In this document: one piece after another, positions 1 through 9,476 of the stretch
How positions within the stretch are numbered: the first letter of the stretch is position 1
How the letters are laid out: each line of letters opens with the position of its first letter
NCBI GenBank assembly: GCA_035695125.1
Contig: DASSEU010000025.1
Coordinates: 113,526-177,525 of the forward strand
DNA from: Acidimicrobiales bacterium
Lineage (GTDB): Bacteria > Actinomycetota > Acidimicrobiia > Acidimicrobiales > JAJPHE01
Direction of reading: 5' to 3'
DNA: 64,000 nt
Notes under the pieces: generated by a model
Told to the model about the DNA's origin: nothing
Database searches by the model: none
The model's input: only the letters and a program-made list of their open reading frames with translations
Translations under genes and position numbers: made by a program

Positions 1-1199
1 TGCGGCTGTTCGCCACCGGGGCCATGAACTGGGTGATGACCCGGGCGCTGCCGGAGGACGTGCCGATCGAGGCCCGCATGGTGAGCAAGGCCATCGAGCG
101 GGCCCAGGCCACGGTGGAGGCGCGCAACGCCGAGATCCGCAAGGACGTGCTCAAGTACGACGAGGTCAACCACGAGCAGCGCAAGGTCATCTACGCCCGC
201 CGGATGCAGGTGCTCGACGGGGAGGACCTGCGCGAGCGGACCATCGAGATCCTCGAGGACACCCTCGACGGGCTGGTGCGCGCCGCCTGCCCCGACGACT
301 ACCCGGAGAACTGGGACCTCTCCAGCCTGCTGGCCGAGGTGGCCCTCGTGTACCCGACCCGCTTCAGCGCCGAGGAGCTGCTCGAGGCCACCGACACGGA
401 CCAGGTCTACGAGAGCCTGCGCGCCGAGGCCCTCGCCTACTACGAGGAGAAGGAGGCCGGCCTGCCCGGCGGCGCCGACACCATGCGCCAGCTCGAGCGG
501 GACATCATGCTGCAGATCATCGACCTGCGGTGGCGGGAGCACCTGGCCGAGATGGACTACCTGCGCGAGGGCATCAACCTGCGGGCCATGGGCCAGCAGG
601 ACCCGCTGGTGGCGTGGCAGCGGGAGGGCTACCAGATGTTCGGGCAGCTCATGGACGCCGTCGACGAGGACTATCTCCGCTACGTCATGCACGCCGAGGT
701 CCAGATCCAGCAGGCCCCCGAGCCCGACCTCGAGGCCCTGAGCTACCGGGGCCCGGAGGAGCCCGTCCAGAGCCCGGCCGAGGCCGCCCTGGCCGCCCCC
801 ACCCTCGACCGGCCCGCCGCCGGGGAGTCCCCGGCGCCCGACCCCGAGCCGGAGCGGACCGCCATGCCGCTGCCCCCCACCGAGCCCGTCCCCGCCTCCA
901 CCTCCCCGGCCGCCCCGGTGGTGACCCCCCCGCCCCCCCTGCCCGGGGGTGCGGGCCAGCCGGGCCGCGGGACGCCTCTCAGCCCGCCGCCGCCGATGCC
1001 CGGGGGTGCGGGCCAGGCCGGGCGCGGACCGGAGGGCGGGATGAGCGGCGGCCAGCCGACCGAGGGCGCCCCGGCGGGCCGGCCGGCGCCGACGGCGGGA
1101 GCGCCCGTGGGCGCGGGCGGGGGCCAGCCCAAGGTGGGCCGCAACGAGCCGTGCTGGTGCGGGAGCGGGCGCAAGTACAAGCACTGTCACGGCCGCTGA
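1..1199 (+). CDS. secA: Preprotein translocase ATPase SecA, C-terminal part (gene starts upstream of window)
   Basis: The frame of ORF 24..1199 stays open to base 3. It shows a SecA-like C-terminal region (KAIERAQ..VE..N.EIRK..LKYD.V...QR..IY..R) and the terminal zinc-finger CWCGSGRKYKHCHG. Confidence 0.9.
   Translation, partial: RLFATGAMNWVMTRALPEDVPIEARMVSKAIERAQATVEARNAEIRKDVLKYDEVNHEQRKVIYARRMQVLDGEDLRERTIEILEDTLDGLVRAACPDDYPENWDLSSLLAEVALVYPTRFSAEELLEATDTDQVYESLRAEALAYYEEKEAGLPGGADTMRQLERDIMLQIIDLRWREHLAEMDYLREGINLRAMGQQDPLVAWQREGYQMFGQLMDAVDEDYLRYVMHAEVQIQQAPEPDLEALSYRGPEEPVQSPAEAALAAPTLDRPAAGESPAPDPEPERTAMPLPPTEPVPASTSPAAPVVTPPPPLPGGAGQPGRGTPLSPPPPMPGGAGQAGRGPEGGMSGGQPTEGAPAGRPAPTAGAPVGAGGGQPKVGRNEPCWCGSGRKYKHCHGR
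927..1040 (+). repeat. Tandem ~57-bp in-frame duplication in the Pro/Gly-rich SecA linker
   Basis: PPPPLPGGAGQPGRG is followed directly by PPPPMPGGAGQAGRG. The string cccgggggtgcgggccag recurs 57 bp apart. Confidence 0.6.
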
Positions 1200-1212
1200 G
1201 GGCCGGAGGCCC

Positions 1213-2337
1213 GTGAAGGACTTCAGCGGGGACCTGGCCGCCCTGGCCCGGCGGCTCGAGGAGGCCGAGGGCTACCTCGACCTGCCCGGCCTGCGTGCCC
1301 GCCTCGAGGTGCTCGAGCCGGAGATGCAGCGGGCCGACCTCTGGGAGGACGCCGACCGGGCCCGGCGGGTCACGACCGAGCACAACCGCCTGGCCGCCGA
1401 CCTCGGGATGGTCGAGGGCATGGTGGGGCGGCTGGACGACGCCCGCACCCTGTTCGATCTGGCCCGCGAGGAGGAGGACGACTCGGTCGAGGCGGAGATC
1501 GCCACGATCATCGACGGGCTGTCCCACGACCTCGACCAGCTCGAGGTGCGCTCGCTGTTCACGGGGGAGCACGACGAGCGCGACGCGGTCTGCGAGATCC
1601 ACGCCGGAGAGGGCGGGACCGACGCCCAGGACTGGGCCAACATGATGCTGCGCATGTACGAGCGCTGGGCCGAGCGGCGCGGCTTCGACGTGGAGCTCGA
1701 CGAGGCCACCGAGGGCCAGGAGGCCGGGATCCTCTCGGCCACCTTCATCGTGCGGGGCCGCTACGCCTACGGGCTCCTCTCGGGTGAGCGCGGCGTGCAC
1801 CGGCTGTACCGGATCTCCCCGTTCGACTCGCAGGCCCGGCGCCAGACCTCGTACGCCGCCTTCGACACCGTGCCGTTCCTCGAGGACCTCTCCGACGAGG
1901 TGAAGATCGACGAGAAGGACCTGCGTATAGACACCTACCGTTCCTCGGGCGCGGGCGGACAGCACGTCAATGTCACCGACTCGGCCGTGCGCATCACCCA
2001 CCTGCCGACGGGCGTCGTCGTCTCCTGCCAGAACGAGCGCAGCCAGTTCCAGAACAAGGCCCGGGCCATGCAGATCCTGGCCGCCAAGCTGGCCGAGCGC
2101 CAGCGCGAGGAGCGCCGGCGGGAGCTCGAGGACATCTCGGGCCCGCAGGGCCAGGTGTCGCGTGCCGGCAGCTTCATCCGCGGCTACGTGATGGCGCCCT
2201 ACCAGAAGGTGAAGGACGAGCGGACGGCCTACGAGACCGGCAACGTGGATGCCGTCCTCGACGGGGACCTCGACGCGTTCATGGAGTCCTGGCTCCGCTG
2301 GAGACGGGGAATGGCGGCCCCGGGCGGTTCGGGCTGA
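1213..2337 (+). CDS. prfB: Peptide chain release factor 2
   Basis: 374-aa ORF with the GGQ motif ([19 protein letters not shown]) and the RF2-specific SPF motif ([14 protein letters not shown]). GTG start, a single uninterrupted frame. Confidence 0.95.
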   Translation: MKDFSGDLAALARRLEEAEGYLDLPGLRARLEVLEPEMQRADLWEDADRARRVTTEHNRLAADLGMVEGMVGRLDDARTLFDLAREEEDDSVEAEIATIIDGLSHDLDQLEVRSLFTGEHDERDAVCEIHAGEGGTDAQDWANMMLRMYERWAERRGFDVELDEATEGQEAGILSATFIVRGRYAYGLLSGERGVHRLYRISPFDSQARRQTSYAAFDTVPFLEDLSDEVKIDEKDLRIDTYRSSGAGGQHVNVTDSAVRITHLPTGVVVSCQNERSQFQNKARAMQILAAKLAERQREERRRELEDISGPQGQVSRAGSFIRGYVMAPYQKVKDERTAYETGNVDAVLDGDLDAFMESWLRWRRGMAAPGGSG

Positions 2338-2351
2338 GAATATAAGACCGG

Positions 2352-3038
2352 ATGATCAAGCTCGAGGGTGTAACCAAGACCTACAAGGGCACGACCGTGG
2401 CCCTGCGGGATGCCAACGTCGACATCGCCAAGGGGGAGTTCGTCTTCCTGGTGGGACCGTCAGGGTCCGGCAAGTCGACGTTCCTGCGCCTGCTGCTGCG
2501 GGAGGAGAAGCCCGACCAGGGCCGGATCTGGGTGGCCGGCAAGGACATCTGCCAGCTCTCGCCCTGGAAGGTGCCCTACCTGCGCCGCAACATCGGCTGC
2601 ATCTTCCAGGACTTCCGACTCCTCCCGAACAAGAGCGTGTACGAGAATGTGGCTTTTGCCCTCGAGGTGATCGGGCGGCCCCGCCACGTGGTGGCGTCAC
2701 AGGTGCCCCAGATCCTCGACCTGGTCGGATTGGCCAAGAAGACCGAAAACCTTCCCCACGAGCTGTCCGGCGGGGAGCAGCAGCGGGTGGCCATAGCCCG
2801 GGCGTTCGTCAACCGGCCGCTGATCCTCCTGGCCGACGAGCCGACGGGGAACCTCGACCCCAACACGACGGTCGGCATCATGCGGCTGCTCGACCGCATC
2901 AACCGGACGGGTACCACGGTCGTCATGGCCACCCACGACGTGGGGATCGTGGACTCGATGCGGCGCCGGGTCATCGAGCTGGACCGCGGCACGGTCGTGC
3001 GCGACCAGGCCCGGGGCGTGTACGGGATCGCCACGTGA
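2352..3038 (+). CDS. ftsE: Cell-division ABC transporter ATP-binding protein FtsE
   Basis: Walker [10 protein letters not shown], signature LSGGEQQR, Walker B ILLADEPT. 228 aa, directly upstream of ftsX. Confidence 0.93.
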   Translation: MIKLEGVTKTYKGTTVALRDANVDIAKGEFVFLVGPSGSGKSTFLRLLLREEKPDQGRIWVAGKDICQLSPWKVPYLRRNIGCIFQDFRLLPNKSVYENVAFALEVIGRPRHVVASQVPQILDLVGLAKKTENLPHELSGGEQQRVAIARAFVNRPLILLADEPTGNLDPNTTVGIMRLLDRINRTGTTVVMATHDVGIVDSMRRRVIELDRGTVVRDQARGVYGIAT

Positions 3039-3055
3039 GCGGAGGGCGCTAGCGA

Positions 3056-3979
3056 ATGGCGATGTCGATCGACTACATGGCGCGGGAGACCGCCAGCAAC
3101 CTGCGTCGCAACCTGCTCATGACCGGGGCTTCGATCCTGTGCGTGGCGGTGTCGCTCACGATCGTGGGCGTGGCCCTCATCCTCAAGCAGGGCGTGGCCA
3201 ACGCCACGATCCAGTGGCAGGGCGGGGTGCGCATCGAGATCTTCATGAACCCCAACGCCAGTTCGGGTGAGAACAACGCCGTGGCGCACCAGCTGGCCCA
3301 GATGATCGACGGCGGCGGGTCGGGGAGCGGGAGCACCGGCAGCCCGGTGAAGTCCTTCGTCTACTTCAACCAGCAGAAGTCCTACGACGAGTTCAAGAAG
3401 ATCTTCGCCGATCAGCCGACGATGGTCCAGAGCGTGCAGGCGTCGGACCTGCCCCCCTCCTACCGCGTCGTGCCGCGGCAGGCGTCGGACGTGCACGCCA
3501 TCGCGACCGAGTTCTCGAGCTTCCCCGGAGTGAAGTACGTCCAGTCGGCCCAGAAGACCGTGGACACCCTTCTCAGCGTCACGGGCCTCCTGCAGACCGC
3601 CATGTTCGTGATGGCGGTGGCCCTCCTCGTGGCCGCCCTGGCCCTGATCCTCAACAGCATCCGCATGGCCATCTTCGCCCGGCGCCGGGAGGTGGCCGTC
3701 ATGAAGCTGGTCGGGGCCACCAACTGGTTCATCCGGGTGCCGTTCATGCTCGAGGGCCTGATCCAGGGCCTGCTCGGCGCCGGCCTGGCCTTCGGCGGCG
3801 TGTTCCTCTTCCGCGGCCTCGTGTCCTCGCTGGTGCGCCACTACGGGCTGCACCTGTTCAGCTCCTTCGTCGTCTCGGTGGGCAACGCCGTCGGCGCCGG
3901 CCTGTTCGTCCTCGTGGTCGGCTCGCTGGTGGGCGCCATCGGATCGGGCCTGGCGGTCCGGTCCTTCCTCGACGTCTGA
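3056..3979 (+). CDS. ftsX: Cell-division permease-like protein FtsX
   Basis: 307 aa: N-terminal TM, large extracytoplasmic loop, then three C-terminal TMs (FtsX/MacB-type fold). Adjacent to ftsE. Confidence 0.9.
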   Translation: MAMSIDYMARETASNLRRNLLMTGASILCVAVSLTIVGVALILKQGVANATIQWQGGVRIEIFMNPNASSGENNAVAHQLAQMIDGGGSGSGSTGSPVKSFVYFNQQKSYDEFKKIFADQPTMVQSVQASDLPPSYRVVPRQASDVHAIATEFSSFPGVKYVQSAQKTVDTLLSVTGLLQTAMFVMAVALLVAALALILNSIRMAIFARRREVAVMKLVGATNWFIRVPFMLEGLIQGLLGAGLAFGGVFLFRGLVSSLVRHYGLHLFSSFVVSVGNAVGAGLFVLVVGSLVGAIGSGLAVRSFLDV

Positions 3980-4001
3980 CCCACCCACCCACCCCACCCC
4001 C
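3980..4001 (-). repeat. G-quadruplex-type motif (GGGGGTGGGGTGGGTGGGTGGG on minus strand)
   Basis: Plus strand reads cccacccacccaccccaccccc immediately after the ftsX stop. That gives five G-runs with 1-nt loops on the complementary strand. Confidence 0.5.
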
Positions 4002-4057
4002 TTCAAGGAATCCGGTCCTTTGGTCGACCAGGTAGGGGCGGTTGGCGCGCCCCGACG

Positions 4058-5326
4058 GTGGCCCATGGGGGCAATGTGGCTAAAGTTGTCAAAGTGAGAT
4101 CGAGGCCGATCCTGGCGGCCACGCTCCTCCTCGTCTGCCTTCCCGCCCTGGGACCGGCCCTGGGATCGGCTCCGGCCGGGGCGGCCACGGCCCGCCAGCG
4201 CCAGGCCGGGGTCGACGCCTCGATCCAGCAGGTCAACGGCCAGCTGGACCAGGTGGACTCCCAGGAGGTCCAGATCCAGCTCCAGATCGACCACGCCCGG
4301 GCCGCCAGGGCCGCCCTCGACGCCCAGGTCGGCGCATACAACGCCCGGATCGGCCGGGTGGAGGGACGCCTGGCCACGGCCCAGGCGTCGCTGGACCGGG
4401 CCTCGGCCGCCCTGGTCGACACCGAGCTGCGCCTGACCGCGGCCCGCGAGCAGCAGAGCCAGGCGCGGGAGCGGCTCAAGAACGACGCCGTGACGGCCTA
4501 CATGGAGCAGCCCGGGCCGGAGGCGGCCTCGGCCATCCTCGACCTCAAGTCCATCGACGAGGTCCAGCGCCAGATGAGCTACCTGCAGGCGGTGGCGGCC
4601 ACCGACGCCCGGGACCTCGCCCGCCTCCAGCGGCTGACGGCGCAGACCCGGGACCTCCAGGCGGCCCAGCAGGCGGCCCAGCGCCAGGCGCTCGGCCAGC
4701 GCGACGCGGTGGCGTCCAACGAGACGGAGCTGGCCCTTGCCCGCCAGGCGCTCGTCGACGCCAGCGCCGCCCAGGCCCAGAGCGCCGACTCCCTGTCCGG
4801 GCTCCAGGCCCAGCTCGACGCCGAGAAGGCCCGCCTCCAGGCCCAGCTGGCCGCCCTGCAGGCGCAGTCGAACTCGATCGCCGCCCTGATCCGCCAGGAG
4901 GAGGCCGCCGCGTCGGGCGTCGTGTTCACCGGGGGCCAGCTGGCCGAACCGGTTCCGGGAGCGCCGGTCACGTCCCCCTACGGCTGGCGGATCGACCCCA
5001 TCCTCCACGTGCGGTCCATGCACACCGGCATCGACTTCGGAGCGCCCTACGGCACCCCGCTGCACGCCGCCGCCGACGGGGTGGTGGTGGCGGCCGGGCC
5101 GGAGGGGGGCTACGGCAACGCCACCATCCTCGAGCACGGGGGCGGCATAGCCACCCTCTACGGCCACCAGGAGCAGATCCTCGTGAGCCCCGGTGACCAC
5201 GTATCGCGGGGCCAGGTCATCGGGATGGTCGGCTGCACCGGCTGGTGCACGGGCCCCCACGTGCACTTCGAGGTGCGCGTCAACGGCACGCCGGTCGACC
5301 CGGCGCCCTACCTCGGCCTTTCGTAG
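4058..5326 (+). CDS. Secreted coiled-coil M23 (LytM-type) peptidoglycan metalloendopeptidase
   Basis: Signal-like N-terminus, ~270 aa of Ala/Gln/Leu-rich coiled coil, and a C-terminal M23 domain with intact HTGIDF (HxxxD) and GPHVHFE (HxH) motifs. Confidence 0.88.
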   Translation: MAHGGNVAKVVKVRSRPILAATLLLVCLPALGPALGSAPAGAATARQRQAGVDASIQQVNGQLDQVDSQEVQIQLQIDHARAARAALDAQVGAYNARIGRVEGRLATAQASLDRASAALVDTELRLTAAREQQSQARERLKNDAVTAYMEQPGPEAASAILDLKSIDEVQRQMSYLQAVAATDARDLARLQRLTAQTRDLQAAQQAAQRQALGQRDAVASNETELALARQALVDASAAQAQSADSLSGLQAQLDAEKARLQAQLAALQAQSNSIAALIRQEEAAASGVVFTGGQLAEPVPGAPVTSPYGWRIDPILHVRSMHTGIDFGAPYGTPLHAAADGVVVAAGPEGGYGNATILEHGGGIATLYGHQEQILVSPGDHVSRGQVIGMVGCTGWCTGPHVHFEVRVNGTPVDPAPYLGLS

Positions 5327-5378
5327 TCGGAGGAGACCGAGTAGGGCGGAACCCCGAGGTCGGGCAGACTGCGGCGGA

Positions 5379-6182
5379 ATGGCCACCCTCTCGGTGACGG
5401 CACGGAACGGCGCCACGGCGTCGGAGAACAAGATCCACGACGACGCCGTGGCCCGACGGTACGGCTTCGGGGGCGGGCTGGTGCCCGGGGTGACCCTGTA
5501 CGGCTACATGACCCGCCCGGTCGTCGAGCACTTCGGGGTGGCATGGCTGGAGGGCGGGACCATGGAGGTCCGCTTCGACCAGCCGGTCTACGACGGCCAG
5601 GAGGTGACGGTCGGCGCCGAGGAGACCGCGCCCGGAGAGCTCACCCTCCAGCTGCGCAACCCGGACGGGGTCGTGTGCTCGCGGGGGCGCGCCACCCTCC
5701 CACCCGTGCCCGGCGCGCCGCCGGAGGCGGCCGACTACCCGGTGGTCGAGGCACCCGAGCCGGAGCGGCGTCCACCCGCCGACCAGACCTCGCTGGCGCC
5801 GGGTACGGCCCTGGCGACCCTCTGGGCCGGCGCCCATGCTGGCAACGCGGGGCCGCTGCTCGATCTCCTGCAGGATCCCCTGCCCGTCTACACCGAGGGC
5901 GGCCTGGCCCACCCCGGCCACCTCATCCTGGCCGCCAACGGGGTCCTCACGGCCAGCGTGGTGCTGGGTCCGTGGATCCACGTCGGCTCGGCCGTGACCA
6001 ACTTCGCCAGCGTTGCGGACGGCACCCTGGTCGAGACCCGGGCCCGGGTGGCGGACCGCTACGAGCGCAAGGGTCACCATTTCGTGGTGCTGGACGTGGT
6101 CTGGCTGGCGGAGGGGCAGGTGGCCATGCACGCCTCCCATACCGCCATCTACCGCCTCCGCGGTGGCACCATGGACGGATAG
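5379..6182 (+). CDS. MaoC-like (double hot-dog) dehydratase family protein
   Basis: Internal ATG of ORF 5193..6182. Sequence NKIHDDAVARRYGFGGGLVPGVTLYGY is typical of the MaoC dehydratase fold, and a second hot-dog-like half lies at the C-terminus. Confidence 0.7.
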   Translation: MATLSVTARNGATASENKIHDDAVARRYGFGGGLVPGVTLYGYMTRPVVEHFGVAWLEGGTMEVRFDQPVYDGQEVTVGAEETAPGELTLQLRNPDGVVCSRGRATLPPVPGAPPEAADYPVVEAPEPERRPPADQTSLAPGTALATLWAGAHAGNAGPLLDLLQDPLPVYTEGGLAHPGHLILAANGVLTASVVLGPWIHVGSAVTNFASVADGTLVETRARVADRYERKGHHFVVLDVVWLAEGQVAMHASHTAIYRLRGGTMDG

Positions 6183-6238
6183 CCGAAGCCGCCGCCGCAG
6201 CCGAGGGCAGGCCGCTCCGCCCGGCGGAGCACAGGGGC

Positions 6239-8314
6239 CTGCCGGACGGGGAGCTTCTCGAGGACTACCGCACCGCCTGCCTGTCCCGGGCCCTCGACGA
6301 CCGCGAGATCACCCTGCAGAAGCAGAGCCGGGCGTTCTTCCAGATCTCCGGCGCCGGCCACGAGGCGCTGGGGGTGGCGCTGGCCCGCAGCCTCCGTCCC
6401 GGCTACGACTGGTTCTTCCCCTACTACCGGGACCAGGCCCTGGTGCTGGCCCTCGGCGTCACGCCCTACCAGGTGCTGCTGCAGGCGGTGGGGTCGGCCG
6501 ACGACCCCGCATCCGGCGGACGCCAGATGCCCTCGCACTGGGGCTCCGCCGAGCTCAACATCGTCACCCAGTCCAGCCCCACCGGGAGCCAGTGCCTCCC
6601 GGCCGTGGGCTGCGCCGAGGCGGCCCGCTACATCGTGGGTCGCGACCTGCCCGGGTGCGGGGCGCACGGGGACGAGCTCACCTACGTCTCGCTCGGGGAG
6701 GGGGCCACCTCCGAGGGGGAGTTCTGGGAGAGCCTCAACACGGCCTGCCGTCTGCACCTGCCGGTGCTCTACGTCGTGGCCGACAACGGCTGGGCCATCT
6801 CGGTGCGCTCCTCCGACCAGGCCCCCGCCCCGATCTCGGAGCTGGTGAGCGGGTTCCGGGGCCTGTACGTGCTGAGCGTCGACGGGTGCGACTACTTCGA
6901 GACCCGCACCGAGGGGGCCCGGGCCGCCGAGCTGGTGCGGGCCGGAGTGGGACCCGTGCTCCTGCACGCCAAGGTCACCCGGCCGTACTCCCATTCCGCC
7001 GCCGACACCCAGAGCAAGTACCGCCTGCCCGAGGACCTGGCGGCGGAGGCGGCCCACGACCCGATCACCGTGCTGGCCGAGGAGCTGGTGGCCGGCGGCG
7101 TGCTGTCGGCCGACGAGGCGCAGGCCATCAGGGAGGACGCCCGGCGGGTGGTGGCCGAGGAGGCGGCCCGGGCCCTGGCCGCCCGAGCCCCGGACCCCGC
7201 CCGCGTGACCGACCAGGTCTACGTGCTCCCGCCCCGTCGGGCGCCCGGGAGCGACCGGGGCACGGGGCGGGGCGACGGTGGGGCGCCGCCCGACGCGCCG
7301 ATCACGATGGGGGAGGCCATCCGGCTCACCCTCCACGAGCGGATGGCGGCCGACGAGCGGATCCGGGTGTTCGGGGAGGACGTGGCCGACGCCCCCGAGG
7401 ACGTGCTCACGCGCGTCGAGGGGAAGGGCGGGGTGTTCGGGCTGACCGCCGGGCTGCAGCGGGCCTACGGAGCCGCCCGCTGCTACAACACGCCGCTGGC
7501 CGAGGCCAACATCGCCGGGCGGGCGGTGGGCCAGGCGGTGCGGGGCCTCAGGCCCGTGCCCGAGATCCAGTTCTTCGACTACATCTGGCCGGCCATGCAG
7601 CAGATCCGCAGCGAGGCCGCCACCATCCGCTGGCGTTCCAACGGCGCCTTCCGGTGCCCGATGGTGATGCGCGTCCCGATCGGCGGCTACCTGCGCGGCG
7701 GGGCCATCTGGCATTCGCAGTGCGGGGAGTCGATCTTCGCCCACGTGCCCGGTCTGCTCGTGGCGTTTCCTTCCCGCGCCGCCGACGCCGCCGGTCTCCT
7801 GCGCTACGCGCTGCGATGCGAGGACCCGGTGCTGTTCCTGGAGCACAAGCACCTGCTGCGCCAGCCCTACGCCCGCGACCCGCTGACCGGACCGGACCAC
7901 GTCATCGCCTTTGGAGAGGCGGCGCGGCGCCGGCCCGGCCGGGACCTCACGCTCGTCACCTACGGCGCCACCGTGCAGCGCTCGCTGCTGGCCGCGGAGG
8001 AGCTGGCGGCCGAGGGCATCGAGGTCGAGGTGATCGACCTGCGCACCATCTCTCCATGGGACAAGGAGGCGGTGGCGAAGTCTGTGCGGCGCACGTCGCG
8101 GGCGCTCGTGGTCCACGAGGACGTCTACACGTGCGGCTTCGGGGCCGAGGTGGCCGCCTTCGTGGCCGACTCGTGCTTCGAGCACCTCGACGCCCCCGTG
8201 CGCCGGCACACGGCCCTGGACTGCCACGTCCCCTACTCACCGGTGCTCGAGGACGCCGTGCTCCCGCAGGTGGCGGGCATCCGCGACGCGGCCCGGGACC
8301 TGGCGCGCTACTGA
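6239..8314 (+). CDS. Fused thiamine-diphosphate-dependent 2-oxoacid dehydrogenase E1 component (alpha+beta in one polypeptide)
   Basis: The alpha part (YRTACLSRALDDREITLQKQSRAFFQISGAGHEA, GEGATSEGEFWE) is followed by the beta/transketolase-like part (YNTPLAEANIAGRAVG, C-terminal domain). The 5' end is uncertain: no ATG/GTG/TTG lies between the upstream stop (6182) and the conserved region, and the CTG at 6239 is the only near-cognate candidate. Confidence 0.8.
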   Translation: MPDGELLEDYRTACLSRALDDREITLQKQSRAFFQISGAGHEALGVALARSLRPGYDWFFPYYRDQALVLALGVTPYQVLLQAVGSADDPASGGRQMPSHWGSAELNIVTQSSPTGSQCLPAVGCAEAARYIVGRDLPGCGAHGDELTYVSLGEGATSEGEFWESLNTACRLHLPVLYVVADNGWAISVRSSDQAPAPISELVSGFRGLYVLSVDGCDYFETRTEGARAAELVRAGVGPVLLHAKVTRPYSHSAADTQSKYRLPEDLAAEAAHDPITVLAEELVAGGVLSADEAQAIREDARRVVAEEAARALAARAPDPARVTDQVYVLPPRRAPGSDRGTGRGDGGAPPDAPITMGEAIRLTLHERMAADERIRVFGEDVADAPEDVLTRVEGKGGVFGLTAGLQRAYGAARCYNTPLAEANIAGRAVGQAVRGLRPVPEIQFFDYIWPAMQQIRSEAATIRWRSNGAFRCPMVMRVPIGGYLRGGAIWHSQCGESIFAHVPGLLVAFPSRAADAAGLLRYALRCEDPVLFLEHKHLLRQPYARDPLTGPDHVIAFGEAARRRPGRDLTLVTYGATVQRSLLAAEELAAEGIEVEVIDLRTISPWDKEAVAKSVRRTSRALVVHEDVYTCGFGAEVAAFVADSCFEHLDAPVRRHTALDCHVPYSPVLEDAVLPQVAGIRDAARDLARY

Positions 8315-8374
8315 ATGCAACGGAAGCACCGGGCAAACCAGAGCGGCCCGCCCGGGGTTGGGCCCCCCGGCACT

Positions 8375-8412
8375 GCGGCGGGCGTGGTCCGAAGGATCCG
8401 GGTGCCCGCCGC
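8375..8412. terminator. GC-rich hairpin between convergent E1 and coaA genes
   Basis: GCGGCGGGC (8375-8383) pairs perfectly with GCCCGCCGC (8404-8412). No T-tract is present, as is common in high-GC actinobacteria. Confidence 0.3.
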
Positions 8413-8419
8413 CAGACAG

Positions 8420-9412
8420 TCAGAGCTTGCGGAGGCGCACCCGGTGGACGGAGTGGTCGGCTGCCTTCTCCAGGATGAGATCGGCCCGCTCGCGCGTCGG
8501 TAGGACGTTCTCCCGCAGGTTCACGGCGTTGATCGACGCCCAGATGTCCCGGGCGGTGGCGACCGCCTGGCCGGTGTCGAGCGACGCGAAGCGGTGGAAG
8601 AACGAGTGCGGGTCGCGGAACACGGTGTCGCGCAGGGTGAAGAACCGCTCCACGTACCACTTCTCGATGTCGGCCTCCTCGGCGTCGACGTAGATCGAGA
8701 AGTCGAAGAAGTCCGAGACGAACAGCCGCATGGACCCGCCCCGTGCGGCCGGCCCCTGCAGGACGTTGAGGCCCTCCACGATCACGATGTCGGGGCGGCG
8801 CACGACCTGGAACTCGCCCGGCACGATGTCGTAGGCCTGGTGGGAGTAGACGGGTGCGGCCACCTCCGGCTCGCCGGACTTGACGGCCAGCATGAAGTCG
8901 ACCAGGCGGCGCTGGTCGTAACTCTCGGGGAAGCCCTTGCGGTCCATGAGCCCGCGCTCCTCGAGCACCCGGTTCGGGTGCAGGAAGCCGTCGGTGGTGA
9001 CGAGGTCGACCTTGGGGTGGTCGGGCCACCGGTCGAGCAGGGCCTGGAGGATGCGGGCGGTCGTGCTCTTGCCGACGGCCACGCTCCCGGCTATCCCGAT
9101 GACGTAGGGCACCTTGAGGGCGGGGTGGCCGAGGAAGGTGTTGGCGGCCTGGTGGAGCTTCTGGGTGGCCCCGACGTACAGGTTGAGGAGGCGGGACAGG
9201 GGCAGGTAGACGTCGGTGACCTCCTGGAGGTCGACCGCCTCGTTGAGGCCGCGCAGCCGGTCCAGGTCCTCCTCGGCGAGGGGCAGGGGGGTGGCGGCGC
9301 GCAGGGCCGCCCATTCCTCCCGCTCGAACGCCCGGTAGCGCGAGTAGCCGTCGCGCCACAGGCCGTCGACCGCGTGCTGGCCCACCGCAGCGGCGTCACC
9401 GGTCGCGGTCAT
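8420..9412 (-). CDS. coaA: Type I pantothenate kinase
   Basis: 330 aa. P-loop [16 protein letters not shown] and the CoaA hallmark TTDGFLHPN...KGFPESYD. Confidence 0.93.
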   Translation of the reverse strand: MTATGDAAAVGQHAVDGLWRDGYSRYRAFEREEWAALRAATPLPLAEEDLDRLRGLNEAVDLQEVTDVYLPLSRLLNLYVGATQKLHQAANTFLGHPALKVPYVIGIAGSVAVGKSTTARILQALLDRWPDHPKVDLVTTDGFLHPNRVLEERGLMDRKGFPESYDQRRLVDFMLAVKSGEPEVAAPVYSHQAYDIVPGEFQVVRRPDIVIVEGLNVLQGPAARGGSMRLFVSDFFDFSIYVDAEEADIEKWYVERFFTLRDTVFRDPHSFFHRFASLDTGQAVATARDIWASINAVNLRENVLPTRERADLILEKAADHSVHRVRLRKL

Positions 9413-9464
9413 AGGGGACGAACGCTACGCCCCCGGCCCCCTGTCCATCCCCCCGGCCCTGGAT

Positions 9465-9470
9465 TAGTAT
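9465..9470 (+). promoter_or_regulatory. Candidate -10 hexamer (TAGTAT) giving a leaderless transcript for the DtxR-family gene
   Basis: TAGTAT ends 6 nt before ATG 9477 and there is no Shine-Dalgarno in between. This geometry matches actinobacterial leaderless mRNAs. Confidence 0.35.
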
Positions 9471-9476
9471 GGGCGT

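Noticed and set aside
1213-2337. Looked for the programmed +1 frameshift (CUU UGA C) typical of many bacterial prfB genes.
   Set aside because: The RF2 reading frame is continuous from GTG 1213 to the stop, with no in-frame UGA near codon 25. No frameshift is needed.
2576-5431. 951-aa minus-strand ORF spanning ftsE, ftsX and the M23 gene. Similar giant antisense ORFs occur at 979..2001, 6149..8227, 9730..11826, 13571..16315, 16012..20409, 38598..39791 and 42113..43918.
   Set aside because: All lie antisense or out of frame to genes with clear family motifs. Their products are Arg/Gly/Pro/Ala-rich low-complexity sequence with no recognisable domain. Long spurious ORFs are expected in very GC-rich DNA because stop codons are AT-rich.
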